Below are positions 1-15,000 of a DNA stretch of 60,456 nt, piece by piece. Positions within the stretch are counted from its first letter, which is position 1. Every line of letters begins with the position of its first letter. This DNA comes from Conidiobolus incongruus B7586. Lineage: Eukaryota. The notes under the pieces are model-generated. The model had not been told where the DNA came from. It ran no database searches and saw nothing but the letters and a program-made list of their open reading frames with translations. The stretch is taken from the NCBI GenBank assembly GCA_000697335.1, contig JNEM01013504.1:1-60456 (forward strand). Direction: 5' to 3'. A program made the position numbers and the translations under genes.

Positions 1-840
1 AAAACTAAATAAAAATAACAAATGTTATTATAATTTATTATAATAATTAACATTTGCTTATTAATAAGGTGTTTATTTAAAGAAATTTATAAAAAAGTCG
101 ATTTAATATAATTTAACAATTTAATTTATTTTTTAGTAAAGATTATATAAAAAAATTTAAGATTTATTAATTATAATAATTTATTATAAAAGTTATAGCT
201 TTTAATTATACTTTAGTAAGTTTTATTTAATAATAACTACTCTAGCTTTTTTTAAGCTTTAATTAAATTATAAGGTACTTATTTTATATTTTTAATAATT
301 AAATTTAATTTAAACTTTAATATATATAAATTACTTATGTAACTAATATTAAAATAATTTGATAATTCTTTAACTAAAATAAAATGGTATTTTTTAATAT
401 ATTTTTTCATTTTATTAATAATTAAAATAATAATAGTTAAAATTAATTTTTTAAATTTTAACAAATTTTAAATAAATTTTCTTTTAGCTTTAAAATAATT
501 TATCTAATAATAAATAGTTAATTTAAATAATAGTTTATTATTAAAAGCTACTTATAAATTTTAAATAATTTTAAAGGGTTTAAAGTTAAGTGTTATAAAT
601 ACTAAAATAAAAAACTTTTGATTATTATTATTTTATTTAAGTATAATTAAATTAAATTAAATAATAAATTTTAAAAAATTAATTTTTTAATCAAAAAAGC
701 TATTATATATATATATATATAATTCAAGGCTATTTATTTTTTTATTTGATTTGTATATATTTTTTTATTTGAAACTAATAATATTTTTGAAAAATCACAA
801 ATTAAAAAATTTCTCATTTTTTTAATTTTATGGTAATATT
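1..840. repeat. Degenerate AT-rich interspersed repeat, inverted copy of ~57212-58040, truncated by the window start
   Basis: Bases 1-80 align ungapped to the reverse complement of 57961-58040 with 10 mismatches, 8 of them transitions. Similarity is also seen around the (TA)n tract near 703-721 and out to ~840 (ATGGTAATATTA). Confidence 0.9.
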
Positions 841-1700
841 AAATTATATTTGTTATATTAATATTTTGAGTTCTTTAAATATATCCTTTATTTAATATTA
901 TATTTACATATTATAATTATAATAATTTTAATAAAGTTTGTATATTTTAATAAAATTAATTTGTTTTTTTTAAATCTGGTATTATATCAAGTTAATAGTT
1001 TTAATTAAAGTTAAATCAAAGTTATAAAGTTAACATATTTATAAATTATACCATTAAATTTATGAATTATTATGATTAATGAATTATTTTATATTCAATA
1101 TCATCTTTTTTTGCCGTTTATAATAAACGATCACATGAAATAAAAATCTTGATATTTTGATGATATAATAGAGTTATTATTTTCATTAATTTATATAAAA
1201 ATCGGATTAAGATATATTTTTGATATAGTTCAAAAGATTATAATTTGAAATTAAAAAAATAAGAGAATATGCTATTTGAAAGTTTAATTTAAATCATTAA
1301 TGGATAAAAAATTTAAATAAAAATTGTGTAACTGAATTATAATTAATTCCATATATGTTTAATAATTAAGGGTTGAATAATCAAATGATAATTAAAAAAC
1401 AACGAAATTAGCTTCAATTGATATTAATTACTTTAATAAGGATAAAAGATTACTAACATGAAATTAAAATCTTTGAATATTAGCGCTAATAGTGCAATAT
1501 GTTAACAAACGTTAAATTGTTTATATTTGAACAATAATATATATTTTTTGATACTGTTTCATCTTATATTAACCTATAGGAAACATGAGTTCTCAATTGA
1601 TGAATTCATTCCAAACTGGATATAAAATATGAGAGTGGAAATGAAGAATATTAATATTGGAACAGATGAACACGGTAGGTATTAAAATGAGTGGGAATGC

Positions 1701-2436
1701 TTAGAGTTGTGACCTGGTGGGGCTTGCAGGAGGGTAGTCAGGATAGAGGGTCATTTGGAAATCTTTGAGACTGAATCCGCACTTTTCATAGAATGGAATG
1801 TTATCCTTGCTGCAGTTAAGTGTAATTTTGTATACTTTGAGTTGGACGGCGATGTATTTCAATTGATCAATAATTCTATTTTAACCAGTTATTTCAAGTT
1901 CAAAATTAAAAAATAATGAACATAATTTACCTTTGCCCCAATTTCTTCCCTCTTTGGGAGTCGTGAACGACAATATCTTCAATATGGCCAGCCTATATAT
2001 TGATTAATTATCATACAGAGTTTAAACTATTAACTAGGCTTACAACACCACAGCTTCTAATGAATTTTTGTTCCATAAATATTGTGCCAGCAGCAACAAC
2101 TCTACTAACTTTGGTATCTTCAATAACAATTGTGTAATAATTTCCATTGCGCTTCATAATTTCATAGTTTCCTATTATTAATGTATAAGCATATAGTAAT
2201 TTTATGGTTTCATAGTTGATTATTACTTAAAAAGTCAGTCTTAGATACATTTCCAATTTTTGTTAATTGAGCCAAACAATCTAATAAACCTAATTGACAT
2301 AATGAATATGATATATAGTTAGTGAAGATATAATATAATTACCTTTGTCATAATCTCCAACTTCCAAAGGTCTAATAACGTAGCCTTCAGGTAATTGGTT
2401 TTGAATTTCTTTTGAAATAAGTTGGTTAGTAAACAT
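1701..2436 (-). CDS. GNA1: Glucosamine-6-phosphate N-acetyltransferase (GNAT family), 5 exons
   Basis: Hand-spliced GT-AG exons give MFTNQLISKEIQNQLPEGYVIRPLEVGDYDKG / LLDCLAQLT / AAGTIFMEQKFIRSCGV / AGHIEDIVVHDSQRGKKLGQR / YKITLNCSKDNIPFYEKCGF, which are classic Gna1 motifs. Missed by the ORF track. Confidence 0.95.
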
Positions 2437-3560
2437 TTTAACAGATATATTATTCAAGTACTAAAATTGAAAAGTTAGTAAACGTTAATTTATACTATGA
2501 TAATAGTGAGTATTTACAAGAGATAGATATTTCAATTAATTAATAACTACAGAAAGATATGCTGAAATTTTACATTATTCGAATATTTATATGGTGTTTG
2601 GAGATGGTGGTGTTGTTTTAGCCATTTAATCATATATGCTTTGGAATTTTTTTTGTATCCCAATTCCATTGGATGGTTGGTTTCAAAGGGACTAAGGTGA
2701 AATTTTATTGGGCAATTATCGCTTAATTGGGTTTTGGATTTTCACCCGACAATGCCAAAACAAATTATAGGATTAAATCATCCAATTTACGTAGTACAAA
2801 ATATCTTTTTTAGTTAATTTGTCAAGTTTTTTTATATCTATTTTATAATGTTATTTTTAGAATTATTCGTAAACCTTGGATTTTGCGAATATTTATAAGA
2901 GTGATGATTAAGTTTAAAGAATTTATAGAATATTTACTGTATTTCATAAAATAACAGAGGCAATATTGAATTATAATTATATAATCCAATATTTGGATAT
3001 AATTTAAGGTGATATTTTAATTGTTTTTGCAAATATAACAAATGATTAATTCTATAAAATGAAAGGATTTTGATTGAAATAAATTTCAATATCCTTTTCC
3101 AAGTTGATTCAGGTGAATTTAAGTTTGGTATGTATTGATAAGATAAAGTGAGGCTTGATCAAGGTTAAATTCATCATCATTGTAATCTCATTTGTTGTGT
3201 AAACGATATAAATAGTTTGATATGTTAAATTCAAGTCATCTAGTCTTCAAAATCACTTTGTTATTATGAAATCAGATATTCTAAATCAGGATATATGTCA
3301 ACTTTGTTATAACCAAATTTATATCATTCAATTTAATAATATCATCTGCAGAATTACATTTAGTTCAAAAGTCACTTGATTCATATAAGTAGAATATCAT
3401 CATTATCATTAATTTATTACATAAAACATTTATTAGAAATAATTAATATTGGAAAAAAATTCTATGGTATTTTGAAAGAATCAGTAATTGATATTCTGAT
3501 AATACTAAATAATGATGTAATAATCGAGCTAATACCATAATATTGATCTATTATAATCTA

Positions 3561-4197
3561 TTATTCATCTTCGTCTTCATCCTCTTCTTCACTTGATTCT
3601 TCATCTTCGAAATGTCTTCGGTTATTATTTACAAATAAATCATCATCGTTATCTTCATCCTCTTCATCCTCATCATCATGCTCAGGTTGCTTGTCCTCAC
3701 TAAAATTAAAATCAATTAATATTCAAAGAATATTCAATAATAAATTATATTTAGTACACTTTATCTTGTTCAAACTGAGTAGGCCTAAAATAATAATATT
3801 CAATAAATATCAAATAAAATAATTATAAATAATTGAATAATTACCATTGCTTATTACTCTTTAACTGTTTAATATGCTCATTGAATAAAACTTTTTCAAT
3901 AGTACCCGATACTTTAGTTCCACTATTTGAATCAATTGTAGCAACGACAAAAGATCCTAAATCACATTAAAACATATTTTAACTTTAATAAACTCTTATG
4001 ATACCTCTTTTAATCCAAACCAAATTTCTAAACTTTGGAGGCAATTGACCAATTGTTTCAATAAGGGAGTCATTTTCATAGTATTTTAATTGGTGTAAAT
4101 TTTTACCCAAAGGATCGCCAACTTGAGCGATAACTTGATTTTCTAAAATTTCAATATCGTCTTCTAATATATTTTTAGTAATGTTTCTTCTGCCCAT
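3561..4197 (-). CDS. EIF1AD: eIF1A-domain (OB-fold) RNA-binding protein, EIF1AD-like, 4 exons, acidic C-terminus
   Basis: Motifs GKNLHQ, LPPKFRNLVWIKRG|SFVV, HIKQLKSNKQW|P and DDDLFVNNNR, followed by an acidic tail. Confidence 0.85.
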
Positions 4198-4432
4198 CGC
4201 TGTAAAGTTGAATTTTCTAATTAAATGTATAGTAAGGATAATTTATTAAAAATTATAGGGTAATAAAATTGTGGGATTTAATATTAATTTGGCTTTTATT
4301 GGGATGATATATTATAATAAATTAATTTAAATATTAATAAAAAGTATATTGAAATACATTAAAGCATACATATTTATTAATTATCACATTAGTGTGATTT
4401 TTTTTCAAATTCTCAAAGGAATAAAAAATTTA

Positions 4433-4545
4433 GAAGGCCTAGTGACAAAGGTAAGTACTATTTAAACTTCCTTTGCCAAAGTAAAAACCTGCCACCCGTA
4501 AGGGATTGGTCTGTGATAGACCTTTTGAAGCCACATTCACTAAAA
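4433..4545. ncRNA. Candidate small structured non-coding RNA, unidentified
   Basis: GC-richer island with hairpins CAAAGG..CCTTTG, CCC-GTAA-GGG and GGTCT-GTGAT-AGACC, closed by TAGTGA/TCACTA. No ORF. Confidence 0.35.
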
Positions 4546-7504
4546 AGAACGTAAACTTGTGATTATCTATCAGTTAAAATAAATAACGCAATTTTTTTAT
4601 TATGTTAATTTTCAATATTTAATAGATTATTTAAAAAATAATATCATTGTGGGAATTTTTTTTTCAAAAATATTTAACACATCATTTATCCTGATTTCAT
4701 ATTTTATATATTTGTACTAAAATTTTCAAATTAATAAACTATTTAATATCTTCAAAATATATTTGCTGAAATATTGAATATATTATTATCTATATATTTA
4801 TTATATTGCATTATCTGAAATATATTAATTTCCTTGTGATATACTTAATTCATTAATGTTATATAGTTATTATGATGTGTGGAGTACATAATAAATAGAG
4901 TAAAATACATGCTTTGTAGATTCGAACTTTACTATTTTTAATAGCTTGTAACATTTTTTCCAAGAAATGAGCTGGCTTCATGATTCTAGGTTTAATTTGC
5001 TTATAAATACAACAAAATTTTGTTTGATAAATACTTATTTAATGGACTTTTCAAAAATTCCTAAAATCATTTAATATTAAATAATTAAAGTTATATTTTT
5101 AATATAATATGATTTTATTAAATTATTTTTAAACAACGAATTGATAAATATAATCTTCGAATTTTAAGGTATTCCAATTATTGATTTATAGGAAATGGGT
5201 AATTAAAAATATCTTATGAGATTAAATGTTTTATATAAGGTGATAAGAAAATGTGAAGTATTTCATCACATACTTAAATGTTGGCGATTTGCTATTCTGA
5301 ATAGAAAAATATTTTCTTTTTATAGTTGATATAAACTTTACAATAACCAATTAGATTAATTGTTAAATTTTACAAATTATTTTAATATTATTGAAGATGT
5401 ATAAAAAGTATCAATGGATCAACGATTATTTATTAAATATTACAAGTACACAAATTTTCCATACAAATTTGCAAATTGTAAATATTACTAATGAAATAAC
5501 AATTCCCTCAGTACTTTATATAATATTATGACTATAGAATCTATTTTTAATGTAATACAAAATTGGTTATACATTTCTAATATTAAGATATTTACTGGAA
5601 ATAAGTTTGCCAACTATATAATGACTTTAGCAATTAAATATATATTATATATAGTTTAGAAGGTTAACAATCGAGTAAAACAGCATTGACTGAATGATAT
5701 TATATATTATGTATATACATTACCGAATAAATTAACATAATGTAATAATCCAAAAGTTAAACATGTAGATAGATTTTATTTTGTAAAAGTAATATTATCA
5801 ATTATAATAACGATATCAGGATCAATATGACACAGAGTTGACAATCTTTCATTTCTTTTTAATTATTAGTGATAATTGTTACTTTGTTAATGAAAAAATA
5901 CACTCATTTGGACTAGCAACTTTGCAATTTTGATTTAGTTATCATATAGAATTTGTCTAATAAAATTGAAAGTTAACCCAAATCATGATAATTAATAATT
6001 GATAGTACAATGAAGGTCAAGTAATGTGATTATGAACATTGGTATAATTGATATTAAAATATAAGTTAATATATGTCATTTATCAATACATTATATTAAT
6101 TTACAAATCATAAATAATTGGAAAAATAGAAAACATATTGAGTTTAATAATGATAATAAATAATAATTCAACACCAAACTTAAAATGTATAACATGTTGA
6201 TATTAAGTTAACATCATAATATTTATTGGTTAGTATTTTATCCTATAATTTTTATATTTATTATCAGTTCAAGCAGGGATCTTTATAAATCCTTTGAATT
6301 AAATACAAATTTTTGAGCCAAGTTAAAGTTTCAAAATAATCATTTAATTCTATTTTATATTACATTGAAATCAAGTTTGAAAAATAATTAAAAATTTAGA
6401 ATTCATATAGTTAAAAAATTATTTTATTACTCATTATATCAATTCTTACTTATTCATCATTATTTCGCAACGAGCCAAAAAATGCTATGACTTTTATAAT
6501 TAAAAAATTATAATTGAATCAATTTGAACATTTTTTGGTTTCGATTATAATTAAGGAATGTATATAGTGTATTATAATTTTAAATGGTATGCAATTTAAC
6601 ATATTTTAATCTGAGTATTTTTATATTTGTGATTAAGTTTCTGAAATTGATTTGTAGTATTTGCCAAATCACAATATTTTGAAATATATTCAAATATATG
6701 TCCATATAGGTATTATATTTTTTAGTATAATTTTAATAGTATAAATATCTTGCTATTTCAACATTAATTAAATAATAATAGTGATAATAGATAATATAAT
6801 GATAAAATTGCTTGTCTTAGCTGGAAATATATCTTACCTATAATAACAGAATTACAATAACCAATAATTATCGATATGGAGCGAAATAAGCTACATGAGT
6901 TCAGTAATGTTTATTTTAAAACAGAATAATATTAGATAATTCAATTTTATCAGTTTACTTTTATTATTATTCAATTATGTGATTTTTTTGAATTTACCTT
7001 GATAATTATTAAGATCAAACTTCAAATTAAATAACAAGGTAAACAAATTATTTTAACTAGAGTTATTTGTATGAATAAATATTGAATTAAATATTAATGG
7101 TGGTTACATAATTAATCTAACCCTTATTTTTTATAGTATTTATATTTGATTGAAAATTGATATTATAATTTGAAAAAGCTGATTCAATAATTTAATCAAC
7201 TAATATCAAGTAATTGAAAATCACAAAACATACTATATGTAATTATTTAACTATATCCCTAATTTTCACAACCTAAATTACTTTCTAGTATATATTTTTA
7301 TCATATAAACCACACAATCTAATCTAATCTTATCATCTTAAATATCCCACTAACCTATCCCATAAAATAATTGAATAAATCAATAAATCCAATAGTAAAC
7401 CAAATTTCATTACAATTAACCAAATTTAATTGAAATTTAGTATAATATCAATTAATATTAAATATAAAAAATAAAAATATATATTTAATTATTATTTGTT
7501 TGAA

Positions 7505-8844
7505 ATGTTGAGATTATTAAATAGTGCTAAGTCAGCTAATCAAGTCACTTCTAATTTGTTAAAAAATGTTCAATTTGTAAGCTTTCATTTTGTTTCAAAT
7601 GTGTCAATTCTAATGGGTGATTTAGAGATCAGTTCACGATTTAACCATCAATCCCAGAACTGGCAAAGTTGCTATTCGTCACGGTGCTGGAGGTCGTTCC
7701 ACTACTAACGAATTGGTCGCTACCGTTTTCGGTTGCACCGGTTTCATCGGTCGTTACGTAGTTAACAAAATTGGTAATATAAAATTAGGAATCATGGCAA
7801 TCAACAACTTATTTATATAATTTAAATAGCTCGTAGAGGTACTCAAGTTGTTGTCCCCTATCGTGGTCTTCCAGATAACAATCGTCATTTGAAATTGATG
7901 GGTGATTTGGGTCAAATTATTCCTTTGGTATGAATTTAATTGCTAATGATTCAAGAGATCTGTAGTATTAATTTTTTATTAACCTAGGAATTTGACCTCC
8001 GTAATTATGATCAAGTTATTGAATGTGTACGTCACTCCGATATCGTTGTCAACCTAATTGGTCGCTATCAAGAAACTAGGTATGATTCATATCATTTAAT
8101 ATATACAATAAGATATTAATATTTATTAGAAACTTTACTTTCGACGATACTCACAATGTCGGTGCTCGCACTGTCGCCAAAGCTTGTCGCGAAACTGGTG
8201 TCCATCGCCTCATCCATGTCTCTGCTCTCAATGCTTCTGAAGATTCTCCCTCTGGATTTTTGGCCTCTAAAGCTCGTGGTGAAAAAGCTGTCTTAGAAGA
8301 ATTCCCTGAAGCTACCATTGTCAGACCTGGTACCATGTACGGTTACGAAGACTACTTCCTCAATCGCATTGGTCATACCAAGCACATGCACCTCATGGTC
8401 AACGGCGGTCAGCAAACTCTCTACCCCGTCAATGGTTTAGATGTTGCTCTCGCCATTGAACTCTTGACCAGGGATGAATCATCCGCTGGTAAAACCTACG
8501 AATTGTATGGTCCCAAGCAATACACCTACAAGGAAATTGTCGAAATGTGCGGTGAAATCATCAAGGAATCCATCAACACAATCAGCGTTCCTGCTCCTGT
8601 CCTCAAGGCCATTTCCACTGTCATGCAAGTTTATCCCTACCGTATCCTTCGTCCTGACGAAGTCACTCGTCTCACCATCAACGATCAACCCACCAAAGAC
8701 GCTCTCAAATTCGCTGACTTGGGCATTTCTCCTCAATACTTAGAAAACACCATCCTTACCTACCTTAGAGGCTACCGTACTGCTCAATTCTATGAATTAG
8801 GTTATGATGATGAATTATCTCAAAAGAAAGCTCCCAAATTTTAA
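7505..8844 (+). CDS. NDUFA9: NADH:ubiquinone oxidoreductase 39/40-kDa subunit (complex I, SDR fold), 5 exons, mitochondrial presequence
   Basis: Spliced exons give [41 protein letters not shown] and [13 protein letters not shown], joining ORF 8260-8844 (SKARGEKAV...ATIVRPG). Confidence 0.95.
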
Positions 8845-9155
8845 AAACTTTGAACTTTAACCACTGTCTTTCAATTATTTTCTCAAATCAATAAAATTAA
8901 ATCTATTTTAAATATTATATTGATAATTTAAATATTCAGTCGTTTAAAAATATCAATATTCTAGTTACAGTCTATTATGTTTGCCATATTAAATTGAGAT
9001 AAAGTTTGTATGAATATAATTATCAAATATGAAAATGATGAGTATAAATTTTTAATTTTGTGTAAATAAATTGGGGTAAGCACAAATGTTAGTGACTATT
9101 ATATTTGAATCAAAAAAATTTTTTATTTTAATAACAATCTACATAAACATTTTTA

Positions 9156-10250
9156 TTAAAATATAATCAATTGAATTTGATTATTTTCTAATAATGGATA
9201 TAAATAATCCTTATAAAAATTAAATAAATCAGGACCAGTATCTCTCATATCAGCTAAGTTTAATTTGCGAACATCTCTCTGCATATCCAAAATAACATAT
9301 TTTAATCTTTGGAATTTCAAATCTTCTGAATAAAAATTATTAGTATATAGATTATATAAATAAATTGATATATTAAATTACTTGTTTCACTTAGTTTTAA
9401 TAATCTATTGGGGGTGCCTACACCAATGTTGAAAGTATTTTCCTTCAAGAACTGAACTTGTTCAGAGACTTTAATATGCTTAGAGAATAATTTGGCTACT
9501 TTGGAAGTGCCTGAGATAGTTTTAAGAGCTCTATTAAATATGATATTAATTATCTGATTAAATTAAAGAAATTAATTTAAAATTACCGAATTAAATCAGT
9601 AGCTCTAATAGCCGACGATGTAACCATAAGTACTGTAGGATGACCAACAAATTTGGCTTTGGGTAAATCGCTAAGTACAGTAGCATCCTTGATCACTATA
9701 AATTGATAACTATTAATATTATTCAATAAACAATGATTAAATAAAATTTACCTGATTTAACAAAAGGAGCCAAATTTTCCATAATATGAGGTTCTTTATA
9801 ATCGGTTGATAATTTGAAAAATGTATCTTATCAATTAAAATTAATACATTAAATTTATCCAAACATTTAAGTATACAAATTTACCTTTAAATTGAATCTT
9901 TTCAAATTCTTCATCAGTCAAATTTTTTAAATTAAACTTTAAACATTGGTTAAAATATTTTTCCAATTCAATAGATGTCATATTGGGGACGTCAGCTTTG
10001 GTATCAATTTTGATTTTCTATTCCAATTAAAATGTTATAAAAAAATATTAAAATATTGACAATATTGAATTACTTTGGGTGGTTTAGCTTCCTTTTTACT
10101 AGTTTTGGCTCTTTTTTGAGTTTCTTCATTAATTATTGACTCAGTTTCACTTTCATTTTCACTTTCAACTTCACTATGTACCGGAGAAAGGTGAAAATCA
10201 TCTTCTAAAGCATCACCAGCGTAATCTCCATGATACTTGCTTTGTTTCAT
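9156..10250 (-). CDS. CMS1: Cms1/CMSS1 90S pre-ribosome factor (degenerate helicase-like), multi-exon
   Basis: N-terminal GDALEDDF. Downstream exons give GHPTVLMVTSSAIRATDLIR, KVAKLFSKHIKVSEQVQFL, GVGTPNRLLKL and YVILDMQRDVRKLNLADM. Stop TAA at 9156-9158. Confidence 0.9.
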
Positions 10251-10466
10251 TTTAATCTATTTAAATTAAATCTAAATTTCTATTGATATCCCAAAATTTT
10301 AATGCTTTTTTTTATTCTTAACAAATATTTATAATAATTTTTAGAAATTTAATTTTATGGGATTTTTAAAAACTATATTGGTCAATTGATTGAAAAATCC
10401 TAATAATAAAAAATGAATATTTTTAACAAATTTTAGTAAATAGCTATATTAGAACGTAAAATTTAT

Positions 10467-12044
10467 TTAATGTGATACCTCTTGCAAACTCAACCAATTT
10501 CTAATACTCTTTACCTTACTAAAGTAGAAGGGTTTAAATTGCTTCAAGCTGTATATAGAGCGATCATCGAAAGATTCATCACGAATATCTGTTGAATAAT
10601 ATTCAATCCAAGATAACTTGTTAAAGAGACCACGATGAGTCGATTTCAAGTTTAATAGTGCATAGAATGTCAAATGTCGACGGTGAGGTTGATAATCCTT
10701 GAATTCAATGTTCAAATAATCGCGTGTGATTTCGAAGTGGCCGTGCATGATTCCTTTGTACTTGGACTCTTTGTATAATTGTTTAACTACATTGATAGGC
10801 TCATCAGGCGTCAATAATTTGAGGAGTGTACCGTCTGGGTAGAAGCGAATGTAACGGTAGTAGGTGATCAAATGAACGGGGTTGTTGAATGTATTCTCTG
10901 AAGATCCTTGGCGAACATAGCAACAGGTTGAGATGTAGATCCCATCGTATCTAATTCTGGGATATTCTGTCCAAAAATATTGATATACGCCAAGATAATA
11001 CTCGTCAACAAATGCATCCAAAGTGTATCCAGGGTTTGTCTTTTGAAAGTGTTTGTAGTTACAAAACATTGGATTATAATATAACTGCACCAAATGATGC
11101 CAAAGTGACTGTTCTCGAGTTATTAAAAAGGATCTCTTACAAGTCAGACTGAAATGATGAACACTTGACATATCGTTTAGAATTAAACACTGCAAAATTT
11201 TTACAATGAGTTCTTTAGGAAGTAAGTTTAGATAAACGGGCTTCTTTTTATCTGCAGCACCATATTCCAAAAGATTTGATGTTTTATCATTTGAAGTGTC
11301 TGAGTTTTTTTCAATTTCCGCAACTTGGCCATCATTTTCATCCTTTTGTTCATCTTCTTCAGAATTAGGAGGATTAAACCAAGATTCTACCAGCTTGTGC
11401 AAAGGATCAACCTTTTTCAAATCTGCCTGATGACTAGCCTTTTGATCCTTATCTCCTGGTGAAAGATGAGATTTATAATCATCGTCCAAGTGAAGATATT
11501 TGATAAACTCGAAATCCTCTTCATTTTTACCAAAGGAACTGGAGTTGTTAGTGCTTGATTTAGGCTCTTCCGTTTCTTTCCTTAAATAGGTACGATAAGA
11601 CAAATCGACATCGGGGTCTAATTTAAAAGCTCTACGATAATACAGTAAAGCTAAGAAATGTGGTTAAATTTCAAAATCATTTTGTAATTTATAAAATTAT
11701 ATACCTTGACCTAAGTTACCCTCCCTCTCTTTTTGAACAGCAAGTTTATAAGTTTCCAAAGCTTTTGACTTTCTCTCACTGTAGCTCAAATTCTTGATAG
11801 AGGTCATATCGACAGGCTCATGATGTTTTGGTAATTGGGCTGAATCACTTTTTGGTCCCTGATCAAGGTTTCCAGTCAGAGGTTCTTGACTTGTAATAAT
11901 ATTAGGGTTGGAAGTCCCAGAAGTATTGGAAGTGTTGGGGTGGTGATGATCAGGATACTTTTGTTTCACTTCATTTATCCAATTCTCTCTAAATTCATCC
12001 AATTCGGACTTTCCTTGAGAATTTGAAGATTGATAAACAGTCAT
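10467..12044 (-). CDS. HRT3: F-box protein of the HRT3/FBXO9 family, 2 exons
   Basis: ELDEFRENW and AVQKEREGNLGQ|ALLYYRRAFKLDPD. F-box LPKELIVKIL. C-terminal PRIRYDGIYISTCCYVRQG...HLITYYRYIRFYPDG. Confidence 0.88.
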
Positions 12045-15000
12045 TTGCAACTATTAAAAAAATTCAAATATATTAAAAACTATAATATATTTACATTCAA
12101 TTGTATATATTAATAAAATTATCACTAATTGATTTTATTTAAAGAGGAGCATTAGTTTAAAAATAATGACTGACAATTTAAAAGTTGATTCATTGTCAAT
12201 GATGCGATTACCAATAAATATTACTTATGAATCAGATCCCTTTTATTAACTTGTTACACCTAATATTATCATTTTTGTATCAAATTGAAGATTATTTAAT
12301 CATCAGATTAGGAAATTGCAGAAATCAATTTATTAAGAATTGAACTTTAATATAATAAGGAATCATAGTTAATCAATTTTTATTAGGTAATAATAGTAAA
12401 TAATCGATAAATATTGAATATGAATTAAACCTTATTTTTTATTTAATTAATTTTTGGTTATGATATTGATAATTGATAACAGAGAAAATGACAAATAGAT
12501 TTTTAATAGATCCATTCTCGATTATTTTTTAACTTTGATAAATTATGAATATTAAAATATTATATATCGATATATTACTTTATAGTTATTAATCATTTTT
12601 AATCAGGTAATAGGAAGTTTTTTACTCTAAATTTAATATATTCTTCTAAATAATAGTATTTTTTTCAGCATTAAATTTAATGATCAACTTTTTCGAATCA
12701 AACATGGTGATATCTTACTTACAAGGAAATAAGCCGTTAATAATTCTATATTTAAGTATATAATAAATATTATTACATAATTTTTTTAATTGCTTATATT
12801 AACAATCATTATTCTTGATACCAAAATATTTTATTAAAATTGCTTGAATTCAATTGATAATGCAAGTGAAAATAAGATATTAAATAAAAGGCTATTTTGG
12901 AAAATAACAATAAAAAGACTAAATATGATATAATACACCCAATTGATATTAATTATTAATGTTGATTTTATAGGTTATCTAGATAAAGAATTAGCCTGAG
13001 TATAAAAGCTACATAAAATCAAAGTGAATTGATGAATCAATAGTTTTTTCTAATCACAATTTATACATTTAGAAAAATATCTTTTCCATTTCCTGTAGGT
13101 TTAATAAAAAACATTTTCAATCTTTATTAAAGTATCAGGTATCCAAAAAAATAAACATTTAATGATGTATATAAGCGTGGATTTGTAATTTTTTTAGATT
13201 AATTTTTCAAAAATTTTATTGTTATTATACTAACAGAATTAAATACAGGGATAAAATTTGATCATGAATTTCCTAAAATCAAATCTAATTAATTCAATTC
13301 TGTTTATTATATTTCTTATATAATATCCACAACCAAAGATAAACAGCTGTTAAGAGACTGGTAATAATAAATTAATCTGAAAATTCTTATTGTTTGATAT
13401 ATAATTCTGAGTAATTAATTTATCTATATTTTTATCAATTTTTCAATATTATGATCGGCAATTTAATATATTAATTTGCGATGACAAAATTATTGTAATT
13501 TAGTGTGTATTATTCAATGAGTTTTATGATGACAATTTATTTATATAAAAATATTGATGATTTAAATTACTTCAAAAGTATATTAAATCCAAGCCACCAT
13601 TATCTGAATAAACTTTAAATTGAAATTTAAAATGGTTAATATTGATCTTTGAACTATATTAGAGTATTTCTAATCAACATATTTTGAGTTGGATTTCAGG
13701 TATTTGCTTAATTACATTATTTATTCAAATAATATTGTTATTGAATATAAATGCTTACCCAATTGAAAATATTATAAATTTGCAAGTTATTATTATAGAA
13801 AAATATTTATAATAAATTTTAACCTGAACTAAGAACAAGAAATGAATGTAAAAGTAAAAACTTGCAACTGAGTCAGACTGATAAAAATTTGATATAGATA
13901 TGTAAAATGTAAAACATTAATACATTTGTAAATTATTTGCATTGGTAGAATTTATCTATTTATATATTCAAACCGTTAGATATGGCAATCTAGAATAATG
14001 AAAATTTCGATTCCGTGCTCAGTTTTATATTTGGGTGATTGATTCAAGTATACTGGAGTTTATATAAAGGCACTAAATTATTAAACTACAAATATTATAT
14101 ATATTGATTTATATATTTTAAATCCAAAAAGCAATTAAATTATACTAATAATATAGAAATATAATTAATATGCAATTTCTAGAAAGTGATTTTAATTGTT
14201 AGCATTAAATATTTTCCAAGAATATAATTCATTACTTTTTTAGGTAATAACCAATAAATGATATTTTGAAATATTCAAAATTTATTATAGATATAATAAT
14301 GTTGGCCTGGTTTTTTAACTATTTAATCATGAAACTTATAATTAATACTATTTCTCAAAACATATTTAATATAAAGAGAATTATTTCTAAAATAGTTACT
14401 TTATACTCAAATTCTCAATTATATATATTAATTTAAATAACGTGCAAATTATATTTATAATTAATTTTATAATTTCAAGGGTAGTTCAGTTAAATCTATG
14501 TACAATTAATATATTAAAGAATAAAATATGGACACTAGGAGTGATTATTTTTTACTTTTGGCGATGCTGTATAAATATTCATTGAAGAGAGATTTAATAT
14601 TTAAATATTATAATCCATTCATACATCATAACTTATATTGAAAATTTATATTTGTAATCCCAAAAGTAAAAAAAATATTGTATGAATATTAAATCGAAAA
14701 TTGAAATTGTGGTGAATTGTCCATTTTTAGATTATACAATCAGTTATTTTGATAACACCAGTACTTATATAGCGTGTGGATAGCTTTTTAGTATAATGGT
14801 TTTTTCTTTTATTTTTGTTGAAATAGAATCCAAAGATATGGAAATATCCAAGATCCATTTGATATATTATTTCAATGATGATACAAATCATATTTGTTAA
14901 CATCATTAAAAGTAAAAAACTAAAAAAGAAAATATAATATAGTAAGTTATTATTTTACTATGAGTTTAACAATTTATAATTAATATGACTAGTAAATTGC

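Noticed and set aside
279..464. 61-aa ORF on the - strand
   Set aside because: K/I/L/N-rich product of the AT-eroded repeat, with a non-ATG start.
5280..6060. Possible decayed membrane-protein gene in intergenic DNA
   Set aside because: Only short hydrophobic fragments, as expected from AT-rich DNA; no family motif.
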